Below, piece after piece: positions 1 through 11,129 of a stretch of 64,000 bases of DNA; positions within the stretch are counted from its first letter, which is position 1; every line of letters begins with the position of its first letter. The notes below the pieces were generated by a model, which saw nothing but the letters and a program-made list of their open reading frames with translations, searched no databases and had not been told where the DNA came from. The stretch comes from Phyllobates terribilis (Eukaryota): the NCBI RefSeq assembly GCF_046119375.1, contig NW_027362767.1, positions 6,138,001 to 6,202,000 on the forward strand, written 5' to 3'. The position numbers were made by a program, and so were the translations under genes.

Positions 1-546
1 CAGCACTGTGGAGAGGTCGGGTAGGATGATTGAGATGAGGAGGAGATGTAGGGCGGTGCAGCATTGTGGAGAGGACAGGTAGGTGGTAGACAAATGAGGA
101 GGAGATATAGGGCATTGCTGCACTGTGCAGAGGACAGATAGGTGATAGACAGATGAGGAGGAGATGTAGGGCGTTGCAGCACTGTGCAGAGGACGGGTAG
201 GGTGGTCGAGATGAGGGAGGAGATGTAGAGCAGTGCAACAGTGTGGAGAGGATGGGTAGAGTGATAGACAGATGAGGAGGAGATGTAGGGCGTTGCAGCA
301 CTGTGCAGAGGACGGGTAGGGTGGTCGAGATGAGGAGGAGATGTAGGGCGTTGCAGCACTGTGCAGAGGACGGGTAGGGTGGTCGAGATGAGGGAGGAGA
401 TGTAGGGTGGTGCAGCACTGTGGAGAGGATGGGTAGGGTGATAGACAGATGAGGAGGAGATGTAGGGCACTGCAGCACTGTGGAGAGGACAGGTAGGTGG
501 TAGACAGATGAGGAGGAGGAGGTGTATGGCGGTGCAGAACTGTGGG
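1..546. repeat. Minisatellite, 58-62 bp unit, about 9 copies, purine/G-rich on + strand; probably continues left of the window
   Basis: Units like cagcactgtggagaggacgggtagggtgatagacagatgaggaggagatgtagggcgttg start at 1, 59, 118, 177, 236, 296, 354, 413, 473, with a partial unit at 535. Confidence 0.95.
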
Positions 547-1065
547 TGAGAGTCCAGGCGAGAATGAATAAGAGGGACAGTAAGAGTTTTGCAGAGTGAA
601 AGGTGAGAAAAGGTCAAATTCTAGAGCTCTAAAATTATGTATGTCTGTGCCAATGGTGATTAATCAAATCAGTGTCAATCTCTGCTTGCTGTCAGTGATT
701 GGTTACATTGGTGAACATTTTCAATAAACTGTACAGATACACAGCTGAGAGTCTGCTACAATTGTATCCAGTTCTGAGTGATTGACATGAGCTAAACAGT
801 GTGGACTGCAGACTGACATATTGTACCTGTAGTGATACATTGTAACAAACTTACAACACAGAAGAGAACTTAGTGCAGATGATGTTTGGCTTAGATAGGC
901 CTGTCTATACCTTTACCCCCTTTAATATTCACATTTCTTCTTTTCTTCTTGCCATTGGGGGTGATCAGATCTCTACTATTAGTGGGCTGCTATTCATAGG
1001 CCATTCCAGGTCACTATGGATGAGCAGCACCATTACTGTGCTTTACCTTTACAGTACAAGCATAG

Positions 1066-1194
1066 CAGGGATGGACATGTGATTGGTGCAACTTAGGCAG
1101 CCGCACAGGGGCCACATCCAGCTTCCAAGTGGAATTTTGTATTGTGATGATACTGTTCTTGCACAGGATCTCTTTTCCGTCCGTGTCCGCGGTG
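1066..1194 (+). mobile_element. hAT-type MITE, family A, copy 1 (129 bp)
   Basis: Left end cagggatggaca, right end tgtccgcggtg (imperfect TIR). Internal gcagccgcacagggg and ttcttgcacagg are shared with the copies at 10480 and 13252. Flanks aagcatag/atgcatac match 6/8, consistent with a decayed 8-bp TSD, which is typical of hAT. Confidence 0.75.
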
Positions 1195-2026
1195 ATGCAT
1201 ACGGTATAAAAAAATAGAACAGAGATGGCGTTCATTTGTAGAGTGAGACTTTTAGTTTTTCCAAAATATGCTGCCATTTGCCTCTGCGCATTTTTCTCGC
1301 CACAAGACATTTTCTTCTCGAACTTTAGTGACTTTTCTGCAATCTGGATCAGAAAACGTGGGTTTTACCCTCCACAGAGGGGGGAAAGGGTTAAAGCTTT
1401 CTCTTTGACAGCTCTAATAACAGGAGTGCAGCAGGTTCTGGAGGTCTCACATATTCCCTAAGTGTACAAGCAGAAACTATTTCTGACAATAAGGTTTGAA
1501 CGTTGCATTATACTCCCCTCAGCCCATAGGGCCCCTCCCAGAGCGCCCGCCGCAGGCTACATCTGCCTTTGTTCTGCTGTCTGCTCTAATCACGAGCATT
1601 TTGTTCTGAGTGCATTGTGACATTCACTGATCAAACACAAAGAAACGCGCCACGTTCGCTGCCACACGAACAGATAAGATGTTTTCCTAATGATTATTTA
1701 GAAATTAGAACCGTATCAAAGTCGGGTAACAGCGACATGAAATGACATCGGCGCGGTCGGCTGCTACGTGGACGCTCTGGTCCATCTGCATCTGAATGGG
1801 ATAGAAGTGTCCTCAATTAGAGGGAGTCTGATGTCTGAAAGGGAAAACAAAAGGGAGCAAACAGGAAACATTGTATCATCTGCAAATGTATCCAGTCAGC
1901 GCTCATCATGAACAGAGGAGGAAGGAGGCGATATCACCTTGTAACATGGAGGTCGCGGGGAGTGAATGTTCCAGTGCAGAAGAAGTTGTAGGCTTGCTGC
2001 TGGGCAGGTATTGGATGGAGTGTATC

Positions 2027-2496
2027 TGTCACCGAGGTGCCAAGACTCGGTGATGTGAAACACGGAGAGAAGGCTCCAGCACGATAGGTGCTGAGAGGGT
2101 TGTTAATGCGCCCAGAAACTGGGTCCGGGCTTTAGGAATGACTAGTAGAGCAGGCGGGACTGGTCGTTCCCCTCCTCCAATCCAAAAGGTGCAGCTGGGA
2201 AAAAGGGCAGCTGAGCTGCTTCACAGGGGTCTGGGAGTAGAGGTGGGATCACCTCTGGGACTTGGGTCTGTGTGTGCAAGGTGGAAAGACCTAGTGTGTG
2301 CTGCTCAAATCTGCTACAGGCTGAGTATTGGACTTCAAGCTTGAGCGGCTGAACAGCTCTGGACTTTTTGCCGGAGAAAGACAATTTGTTTCATTTTTCC
2401 TGAAAGTTTGATGAACTGCAATAAAGCTTCCTGTTTTCCCATACTTTGTACCTGTGTGAACGCTACCAGCTGTCGGGAAGCAGGCGAATCCCTACA
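2027..2496 (+). mobile_element. Possible solo LTR (about 470 bp)
   Basis: Begins TGT and ends ACA, with AATAAA at about 2420, roughly 75 bp before the 3' end. Flanks gtatc/atatt match only 3/5, so the left boundary is uncertain. No internal coding sequence. Confidence 0.4.
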
Positions 2497-2526
2497 ATAT
2501 TTACAACTTTACATACTCTAGACGCC

Positions 2527-2993
2527 TCCAGAGCTGCATTCACAATTCTGATGGTTCACTTTGAAAATAGACTACAGGAATTAAAAGATCTGTCCGCTCT
2601 CCTGACATGTTGGTCTTAGTGAATGCTATGACTCCCTGTAAAATTACAATGTGGAGCATCTCTGTGTTGTGCTGTTACTCTGTTATTCCTCTGGGAAATA
2701 AGTACATGGAAAGTTATGTGTTAGGAGTTGTGTCTGTGCGCCTGTGCAGGGATACGTCCCTTTTGACAAAGAGAATTGGTAACACTCAGTCATCAATTTA
2801 TTCATAAATTTCTAGGAGAAATACAGAGAAATGGCAAAAGACATAGAAAAAAAGAAAAGATGCCCTAAAATTGTTATAGCATAAAGAATACAAGTATTTA
2901 CTACAAACGACAAGTCAGAAAAGTGGACAAGAAGTCAGGGCGCCAAGTGAGTGATGCAAAGAAAACCAGCAGAATTGTGAACGCAGCTCTGGA
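2527..2993. repeat. Inverted pair of a short interspersed repeat motif (2527-2556 and 2964-2993)
   Basis: tccagagctgcattcacaattctg versus cagaattgtgaacgcagctctgga are 23/24 reverse-complement identical, extending a further ~6 bp inward. No TSD was found, so these may be two independent fragments. Confidence 0.55.
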
Positions 2994-3702
2994 TGTAAGC
3001 AGAGAATCTTTCCACTTTCCAGTACTATTAAATTGAGGCATCTCTGAATCTGTACCGAGCACTCTGCCCAGGGGGGTTATGCGACATTAAAGTAAAACCC
3101 CAACCCCCAGAGCAGAAATCAAAATGGCATAACTGTAGAAGAAAAAGACATGGACTACACATCCAAATATTAAGCACTGATCTACTGCAGCAAAGCAAAA
3201 TGATCAGAACTGAACATGAGGTTTTAAGTTACCATTGTGATCAGATTGCATAAGCCCACTGCCATGTCAGAGCAAATCCCTGTAGTAGGTCCCTGCCCTA
3301 TTAGGTGTAGCACTGCACGGGGACCACCGCTGTGACATTGTGCCAGCAGGGCAAGCAACCCAGATGCCCAACAGCACCCAAGCTGCCAAGTCCACACGAC
3401 AGCATCCAATAGGCACAGCAACAATGAGCACCATAAAGCACCAACACCAAATGTACTGATCTGAAAACTCACCTTCCATGGGGTCCCATGTGCCAAACTG
3501 AGGGCGAAATCAGCAGGACCCTTTTTGCAGTCTCTTTTTAAATCACCTGGGCCAAATGAGTAGAGTTCTGGTATGAAGAAAAAAATGGTGACAAACCATA
3601 CAGAATACTATTTGTAGAAAAAAAGACATCCATATATTATAAATTGGTGAATGCCGCACCATGCTAGACCTAATAGCACATGATGTGCCCACTGCAGAGG
3701 TT

Positions 3703-6700
3703 CACCGTGACGTGGCAGTGGGCTTATACACTTGGATCACCGTGACGTGGCAGTAAGATTATACACTTGGATCACCGTGACGTGGCAGTGAGCTTATATA
3801 CTTGGATCACCATGACGTGGCAGTGAGCTTATACACTTGGATCACCGTGACGTGGCTGTGAGCTTATACACTTGGATCACCAGGACTTGGCAGTGGGTTT
3901 ATACACTTGGATCACCGTGACGTGGCAGTAAGATTATACACTTGGATCACCGTGACGTGGCAGTGGGCTTATACACTTGGATCACCGTGACGTGGCAGTG
4001 GGCTTATGCACTTGGATCACCGTGACGTGGCAGTGGGTTTATACACCTGGATCAACGTGACGTGACAGTGGGCTTATACACTTGGATCACCGTGACGTGG
4101 CAGTAAGATTATACACTTGGATCACCGTGACGTGGCAGTGAGCTTATACGCTTGGATCACCGAGACGTGGCAGTGGGCTTATACACTTGGATCACCGGGA
4201 CGTGGCAGTGGGCTTATACACTTGGATCACCAGGACGTTGCAGTGGGTTTATACACTTGGATCACCGTGACGTGGCAGTGAGCTTATACACTTGGATCAC
4301 CGGGACGTGGCAGTGGGCTTTTACACTTGGATCACCAGGACGTGGCAGTGGGCTTATACACTTGGATCACCGTGACGTGGCAGTGGGTTTATACACTTGG
4401 ATCACCAGGACGTGGCAGTGGGTTTATACACTTGGATCACCGTGACGTGGCAGTAAGATTATACACTTGGATCACCGTGACGTGGCTGTGGGCTTATACA
4501 CTTGGATCACCGTGACGTGGCAGTGGGTTTATACACTTGGATCACTGTGACGTGGCAGTAAGATTATACACTTGGATCACCATGACGTGGCAGTGAGCTT
4601 ATACGCTTGGATCACCGGGACGTGGCAGTGGGCTTATACACTTGGATCACCAGGACGTGGCAGTGGGCTTATACACTTGGATCACCAGGACGTGGCAGTG
4701 GGTTTATACACTTGGATCACCGTGACGTGGCAGTAAGATTATACACTTGGATCACCGTGACGTGGCAGTGGGTTTATACACTTGGATCACCAAGACGTGG
4801 CAGTGGGTTTATACACTTGGATCACCGTGACGTGTCAGTAAGATTATACACTTGGATCACCGTGACGTGGCAGTGGGCTTATACACTTGGATCACCGTGA
4901 CGTGGCAGTGGGCTTATACACTTGAATCACCGTGACGTGGCAGTAAGATTATACACTTGGATCACCGTGACGTGGCAGTGAGCTTATATACTTGGATCAC
5001 CATGACGTGGCAGTGAGCTTATACACTTGGATCACCGTGACGTGGCTGTGAGCTTATACACTTGGATCACCAGGACTTGGCAGTGGGTTTATACACTTGG
5101 ATCACCGTGACGTGGCAGTAAGATTATACACTTGGATCACCGTGACGTGGCAGTGGGCTTATACACTTGGATCACCGTGACGTGGCAGTGGGCTTATGCA
5201 CTTGGATCACCGTGACGTGGCAGTGGGTTTATACACCTGGATCAACGTGACGTGACAGTGGGCTTATACACTTGGATCACCGTGACGTGGCAGTAAGATT
5301 ATACACTTGGATCACCGTGACGTGGCAGTGAGCTTATACACTTGGATCACCAGGACGTGGCAGTGGGCTTATACACTTGGATCACCAGGACGTGGCAGTG
5401 GGTTTATACACTTGGATCACCGTGACGTGGCAGTAAGATTATACACTTGGATCACCGTGACGTGGCAGTGGGTTTATACACTTGGATCACCAAGACGTGG
5501 CAGTGGGTTTATACACTTGGATCACCGTGACGTGTCAGTAAGATTATACACTTGGATCACCGTGACGTGGCAGTGGGTTTATACACCTGGATCAACGTGA
5601 CGTGACAGTGGGCTTATACACTTGGATCACCGTGACGTGGCAGTAAGATTATACACTTGGATCACCGTGACGTGGCAGTGAGCTTATACACTTGGATCAC
5701 CAGGACGTGGCAGTGGGCTTATACACTTGGATCACCAGGACGTGGCAGTGGGTTTATACACTTGGATCACCGTGACGTGGCAGTAAGATTATACACTTGG
5801 ATCACCGTGACGTGGCAGTGGGTTTATACACTTGGATCACCAAGACGTGGCAGTGGGTTTATACACTTGGATCACCGTGACGTGTCAGTAAGATTATACA
5901 CTTGGATCACCGTGACGTGGCTGTGGGCTTATACACTTGGATCACCGTGACGTGGCAGTGGGCTTATACACTTGGATCACCGTGACGTGGCAGTAAGATT
6001 ATACACTTGGATCACCGTGACGTGGCAGTGAGCTTATATACTTGGATCACCATGACGTGGCAGTGAGCTTATACACTTGGATCACCGTGACGTGGCTGTG
6101 AGCTTATACACTTGGATCACCAGGACTTGGCAGTGGGTTTATACACTTGGATCACCGTGACGTGGCAGTAAGATTATACACTTGGATCACCGTGACGTGG
6201 CAGTAGGCTTATACACTTGGATCACCGTGACGTGGCAGTGGGCTTATGCACTTGGATCACCGTGACGTGGCAGTGGGTTTATACACCTGGATCAATGTGA
6301 CGTGACAGTGGGCTTATACATTTGGATCACCGTGACGTGGCAGTGGGCTTATACACTTGGATCACCGTGACGTGGCTGTGAGCTTATACACTTGGATCAC
6401 CAGGACTTGGCAGTGGGTTTATACACTTGGATCACCATGACGTGGCAGGAAGATTATACACTTGGATCACCGTGACGTGGCAGTGGGCTTATACACTTGG
6501 ATCACCGTGACGTGGCAGTGGGCTTATGCACTTGGATCACCGTGACGTGGCAGTGGGTTTATACACCTGGATCAACGTGACGTGACAGTGGGCTTATACA
6601 CTTGGATCACCGTGACGTGGCAGTGGGCTTATACACTTGGATCACCGTGACGTGGCAGTGAGCTTATACACTTGGATCACCGGGACGTGGCAGTGGGCTT

Positions 6701-7380
6701 ATACACTTGGATCACCGTGACGTGGCAGTGGGCTTATACACTTGGATCACCGTGACGTGGCTGTGAGCTTATACACTTGGATCACCAGGACTTGGCAGTG
6801 GGTTTATACACTTGGATCACCATGACGTGGCAGGAAGATTATACACTTGGATCACCGTGACGTGGCAGTGGGCTTATACACTTGGATCACCGTGACGTGG
6901 CAGTGGGCTTATGCACTTGGATCACCGTGACGTGGCAGTGGGTTTATACACCTGGATCAACGTGACGTGACAGTGGGCTTATACACTTGGATCACCGTGA
7001 CGTGGCAGTGGGCTTATACACTTGGATCACCGTGACGTGGCAGTGAGCTTATACACTTGGATCACCGGGACGTGGCAGTGGGCTTATACACTTGGATCAC
7101 CGTGACGTGGCAGTGGGCTTATACACTTGGATCACCGTGACGTGGCCGTGAGCTTATACACTTGGATCACCGGGACGTGGCAGTGGGCTTATACACTTGG
7201 ATCACCATGACGTGGTAGTGAGCTTACACACTTGTATCACTGTGACGTGGTAGTGAGCTTACACACTTGGATCACTGTGACGTGGCTGTGAGCTTACACA
7301 CTTGGATCACTGTGACGTGGCAGTGGGTTCATACACTTCGACTACCGTGACGTGGCAGTGGGCTTATACACTTGGATCAC
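3703..7380. repeat. 35-bp minisatellite, 105 units, consensus caccgtgacgtggcagtgggcttatacacttggat
   Basis: First unit starts at 3703 and the last cac starts at 7378 = 3703+105x35. Variation seen is substitution only, and the last few units are more diverged. Confidence 0.99.
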
Positions 7381-7626
7381 ATTATCAACTTAACTCCTAT
7401 GTTAGCTTTGAAAAGGTTACTGAGCTGCAGTAGATCACTGTTAGAGAAACAAGGGAGCAATACAAGAGCAATAGGGTCCTAACCGATAAACCTGTGAGGT
7501 GTTAAAGGATGCTGTAATTGCTCGTCTTATCCGGTTGTGTAAATCACAGAAAGGGTTTGCGCTTTGAAGATAGTATTGCCAGTTGCTGCAACACCAGCAG
7601 GCTGGAGAATCCAATGTACTAGTCAG

Positions 7627-7820
7627 GTAGAAGAAAGAGAGTTGGTAAAACTGCGCTGCTGCTTCTGTATTCACAATGAAGACCCCATGTGCAGTTTCAG
7701 ATCATCCCTGCGGTTTTAATCTCAATGCGTTTCCTCATTAACACACTTCTTCATCAGGAGGGCGACAATAGTTCTCCTGATGAAGCTGCAGCGCAATTTT
7801 ACCAACTGATTTTCTTCTAC
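7627..7820. mobile_element. Fold-back element (39-bp inverted arms) enclosing a hammerhead-like motif; possible Penelope-like element remnant
   Basis: Arms 7627-7665 and 7782-7820 are 34/39 reverse-complement identical. A perfect inner 12-bp inverted repeat cttcatcaggag/ctcctgatgaag lies at 7749-7760 and 7774-7785. Confidence 0.55.
7721..7760 (-). ncRNA. Degenerate minimal type I hammerhead ribozyme-like motif
   Basis: Minus strand reads CTC-CTGATGA-agaagtgtgttaatgag-GAAA-CGCA-TT-GAG. Both core boxes and a 3-bp stem I are present. ACGCAT is one CpG transition from the palindromic ACGCGT helix III. Stem II does not pair, so it is probably inactive. Confidence 0.35.
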
Positions 7821-8035
7821 TTGCAGTAGATCCCTGTATTAGGTTAAGTGCACACTTAGCGTTTTTGATACGTTTTTGCTGTGATTTTCCCGCTCGGAAA
7901 CTCTGCGAAAACGCACCAAAAACGCTCTGCTAGCTATTGCAATGGTAATCCGAATGTGCTGTGCACATGATGCAGAAATTTCCGCTCAGGATTACCATTG
8001 CGAAAAAAAACACAGCATGTCCATTGTGCACGCCC

Positions 8036-8160
8036 TTTCCGCCGCAAATTCGCACCCATTGACTTGAATTGATCCGCAGCAAATCCGCAGGTATAATATT
8101 TATACCCGCGGATTTGCTGCGTTTCAATTAAAGCCAATAGGCGCGAATTCGCGGCAGAAA
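8036..8160. repeat. Near-perfect hairpin, about 61-bp arms with a 3-nt loop
   Basis: gcagcaaatccgcaggtataa-tat-ttatacccgcggatttgctgc (20/21), with pairing continuing outward to tttccgccgc/gcggcagaaa. Confidence 0.9.
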
Positions 8161-8578
8161 CGCGGTGCAGGTGGTACCCAGGTCGGCAGAGGAGGACTAC
8201 TACTCCTCTCATCCGACCACCGCTCCCGCTGATAACAGCGAGAGTGGCTCGGCTGGGGGGGAGTAGTAGTCTGCTCACGTGACCTGATCGCCCACGTGAC
8301 CTCACCGTGGGAACATTCTGAAGAATGTTCCCATGGTGGTGAGCTCAACGGGGCTGATCAGCTGATCTTCAGCTGATGAACCCCAGTGACCTCACTCCTA
8401 CAGCAGCAATGTACACTGACAGGAGTGATTTTACCCATTACCCCACTCGCCACCGCTACAGGGCAGTGGGAAGAGAGAGGCTAAGTGCCAGATTTGGCGC
8501 ATCTTATGAATGCACCATTTCTGGGACTGCTGAGGGGTGATATTAATAGCCATGGAGGAGGCTAGTATTCATGGCACC

Positions 8579-8731
8579 TTCCCTGGCTATTAATATCAGC
8601 CCACACCTGTATGTTTAGCCTTTGCTGTTTAGATTTTATAGGGGGACCCCACGTCAAGTTTTTTCTGTGGTCCCCCTCTAGCCAGTAAAGGCTAAACAAA
8701 CAGCTGTGGGCTGATATTAATAGCCAGGGAA
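8579..8731. repeat. Inverted repeat, 49-bp arms
   Basis: Arms 8579-8627 and 8683-8731 are 46/49 reverse-complement identical. An inner gggggacc/ggtccccc pair lies in the loop. Confidence 0.9.
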
Positions 8732-8840
8732 CATTTTTGGCTAATGGCCCCTTCCCCAACTACTAATATCAGCCCCCAGCGGTCGGCTTTCCCTCTGCTG
8801 GTTATAAAAATGACGCCTTTTTTTTTTTTTTTTAATTTTA

Positions 8841-9401
8841 GGCTCTGTGCCCACGATCCGGACGAAGCAGCGCTTTGGACGCATATTTTTTTGCTGCGTC
8901 CAAAACGTTGCATTCTGTTGAACGCAGGTAAATCCACATGTGTTCACTGAACCATGCATATTTACCGCATTCTATACATTCTAGTGGTCAAATTTATGTT
9001 GCGGAGACTAGCGACTCCACAAGAGAATTTGACATGCTGCGGTCCTGAAAGACGCGTCGAGAGTCAGTGTCCGCGGGTGATTCGCAGCCTCAGATGCACG
9101 CATAGTGGACATGGAATTTCTAGAAATCCCATCCACTATGCTGTAACATCTGGATGCAGCGTCAAACCTGCAGCGGCTCCTGACCATGGCCACGTACCCA
9201 AACTCACCCGCAGCATGTCAATTTCTGTAACGGACACGCTAGTCTTCGCTGCAGATTTTGACCGATTAAAGTGTCATTATATGCGGTAGATTCACATGTA
9301 CCGACAACAAAAGTGCAGCATTAGAACACCGTGTTTTGGACGCAGCAAAAATACGCTGCCTCCAAAGCACTGCTGAGTGCTGATCAGGGGGATGTATCGG
9401 C
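8841..9401. mobile_element. Whole-length palindromic MITE (about 560 bp) nested in the 7842-9922 element
   Basis: Starts tta|ggctctgtgcccac. Mirror pairs include agcagcgctttggacgca...gctgcgtccaaaac, ttgacatgctgcgg/ccgcagcatgtcaa (9029/9208) and a central ttctagaa at about 9121, which matches the midpoint of the two ends. The right terminus is decayed. Confidence 0.7.
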
Positions 9402-10479
9402 TAACGAAACAGCTGTGAGCTGTTAATAATAGCCAGAGAGCATGTTTGCAAATGGCACCTTCCTAGGCTAAAAATAGCAGCTCACAGCTGCCCCAGAAAT
9501 TAAATGAATGGGAATGCTAATGAAGATTGGGTGAATGGAACTTGCTGACACCCAGCTCTTTTGTTTGGTGATGACAAGAGGTCAATCAGACCCTTTTATC
9601 ACCAAACCTAATTGAAGTAAAGTAAAGAGTTAGATAAACACACAGACACAGAGCAAACACTTTATTTGAAATACAACAGACACATTTTTTAATCATTTAA
9701 ATTAACCAATATACTCACCCCAGTTCTCAGGGTAATCCAAGGGTTTAAGCAATGTCCTACCAAATAACTTTATTTAGCTCCAAAAAGCATTCATTGATGT
9801 ACAAAAACGCTTCAAAAACGTGGCAAAACCGCATGTTTTTTTCCGCAGCATTTTTCCTGGCAAGGAGATGCAGAAACTCTCAGGAAATTTCTGCTTCAAA
9901 TCCTGAATGTGCGCACATGGCCTTATATTTAGATGTGCACTCCGTGAATTGTACTACAGTTATAGTAAAAATAGGACTGATATTAACACCAGGGGCCAAA
10001 TAGTTTTGCTTTTGTCCCCCAACTTTCTTCCAGAGGTTTTTGCTTCCCAGCACTAAAGGAGCAGGACCAACCAGAGCTGGGCCCCTCCCTGCACGGTCTG
10101 TCCATACTGTCTGCTTTTGCTTTGGCCTCTTATGTTTGCACACCCCACGGGGTATATGAATTTCTCCCATGTCTCTTCTTCCCGTGCTGAAATGATTGGT
10201 GCTGCCATTGAGAACTCGGCTTTTTGACTTCCAAGATCCTTGAGGTTTCCCCGGTGCGGACTTGGGAGCATCAATAAATCATGGAGTCTCTGAAAATAGA
10301 CCGAGGTCTTGCCGGGAGGTATAAGGAGAGCGCAGAGTCTGTAAGAAGAGAACAGCAGAAGCCCAGCAAGTATTCAGAGCTCACAGACGGACGCACTCCC
10401 TGCTGGCACATTACCAGGGCAGAGACCCTGCAGGACCCTGATGGGAGAATACGGAATAAAAAGTGATTTATCACTAGTT

Positions 10480-10628
10480 CAGGGGTGGACATACCATTAG
10501 TGCAACATGTGCAGCCGCACAGGGGCCCAGGCATAAGGGGGAATTGTGCTTTATGATGAGCTACTGGACTTAAAATGGCTCATATATTGTTCTTGCACAG
10601 GGGCCTCTTCTGTCTGTGTCTGCTGGTG
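10480..10628 (+). mobile_element. hAT-type MITE, family A, copy 2 (149 bp)
   Basis: caggggtggaca ... tgtctgctggtg, with flanks cactagtt/cactaggt (7/8 TSD) and the same internal motifs as copies 1 and 3. Confidence 0.85.
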
Positions 10629-11129
10629 CACTAGGTAAGAATCTGCTGACACAATGAGGACAGTAACGCCCGGTCATCTGCAGATCGTGCTCCCAGCGCT
10701 GCCTGCGTCTTGTGCTGTCACAATGTCACAGATGTTCCACCGTCCTGATTATTATATCTCCTTCAGACCGTGGATGTGACACTTCTGTGCCGGTGTCCAG
10801 GAGCAGCGCTCGTGTCTGCAGCTGCAGATTTATAAGATTCTCACCGAGAAGGAAAGAAGACAATTAGGGCAACAATTTATATCGGAAAAGCAAAGGAAAC
10901 CGCCGTAAATTGTGCAAATAAAAGGACAAGGGATCCAATCCCGGGATTATTTCCTTCAAATTTATGTTGTTTGGTTTATGGGAAAATCCATAGCTGACAG
11001 AATTACATCAAATCCTCCCCGCACCACCCAAACTGAGACCCCACAAGCCGCGGATGTCTCATGACTTGTCTGGACTGTCACAAATACAGTCGCAGACTAA
11101 AACTGTCTACATAATGTGTATAGTGCACT

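Larger units (their letters stand above)
7842..9922. mobile_element. Composite non-autonomous PIF/Harbinger-like element (about 2.08 kb), rich in internal hairpins
   Basis: Termini ggttaagtgcacac and gtgcgcacatggcc are 10/14 inverted matches, with TTA immediately outside both ends (7839-7841, 9923-9925). TWA TSD and GG..CC ends are typical of PIF/Harbinger. No transposase ORF. The two ends could belong to different elements. Confidence 0.55.

Noticed and set aside
590-870. Possible decayed MITE interior (tgatacattgtaacaaac and similar motifs)
   Set aside because: No TIR pair or TSD could be located.
3064-3114. Weak inverted repeat ctgcccaggggggtt / aacccccagagcag
   Set aside because: It is short, mismatched and low in complexity, so compatible with chance.
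4152-5950. ORFs MDHRDVAVGLYTWITGTWQW...
   Set aside because: They are translations of the 35-bp repeat (three units = 105 bp = 35 codons) and start mostly at non-ATG codons.
9880-10280. About 130-codon open minus frame (FIDAPKSAPGKPQGSWKSK...KHKRPKQKQ...)
   Set aside because: No recognisable domain, the 3' part runs into the Harbinger-like element end, and about one frame of this length is expected by chance in this much unique sequence.
10720-10830. Minus-strand peptide RALLLDTGTEVS resembling a retroviral protease DTG motif
   Set aside because: The frame is short, with stops nearby and no flanking gag/RT similarity.
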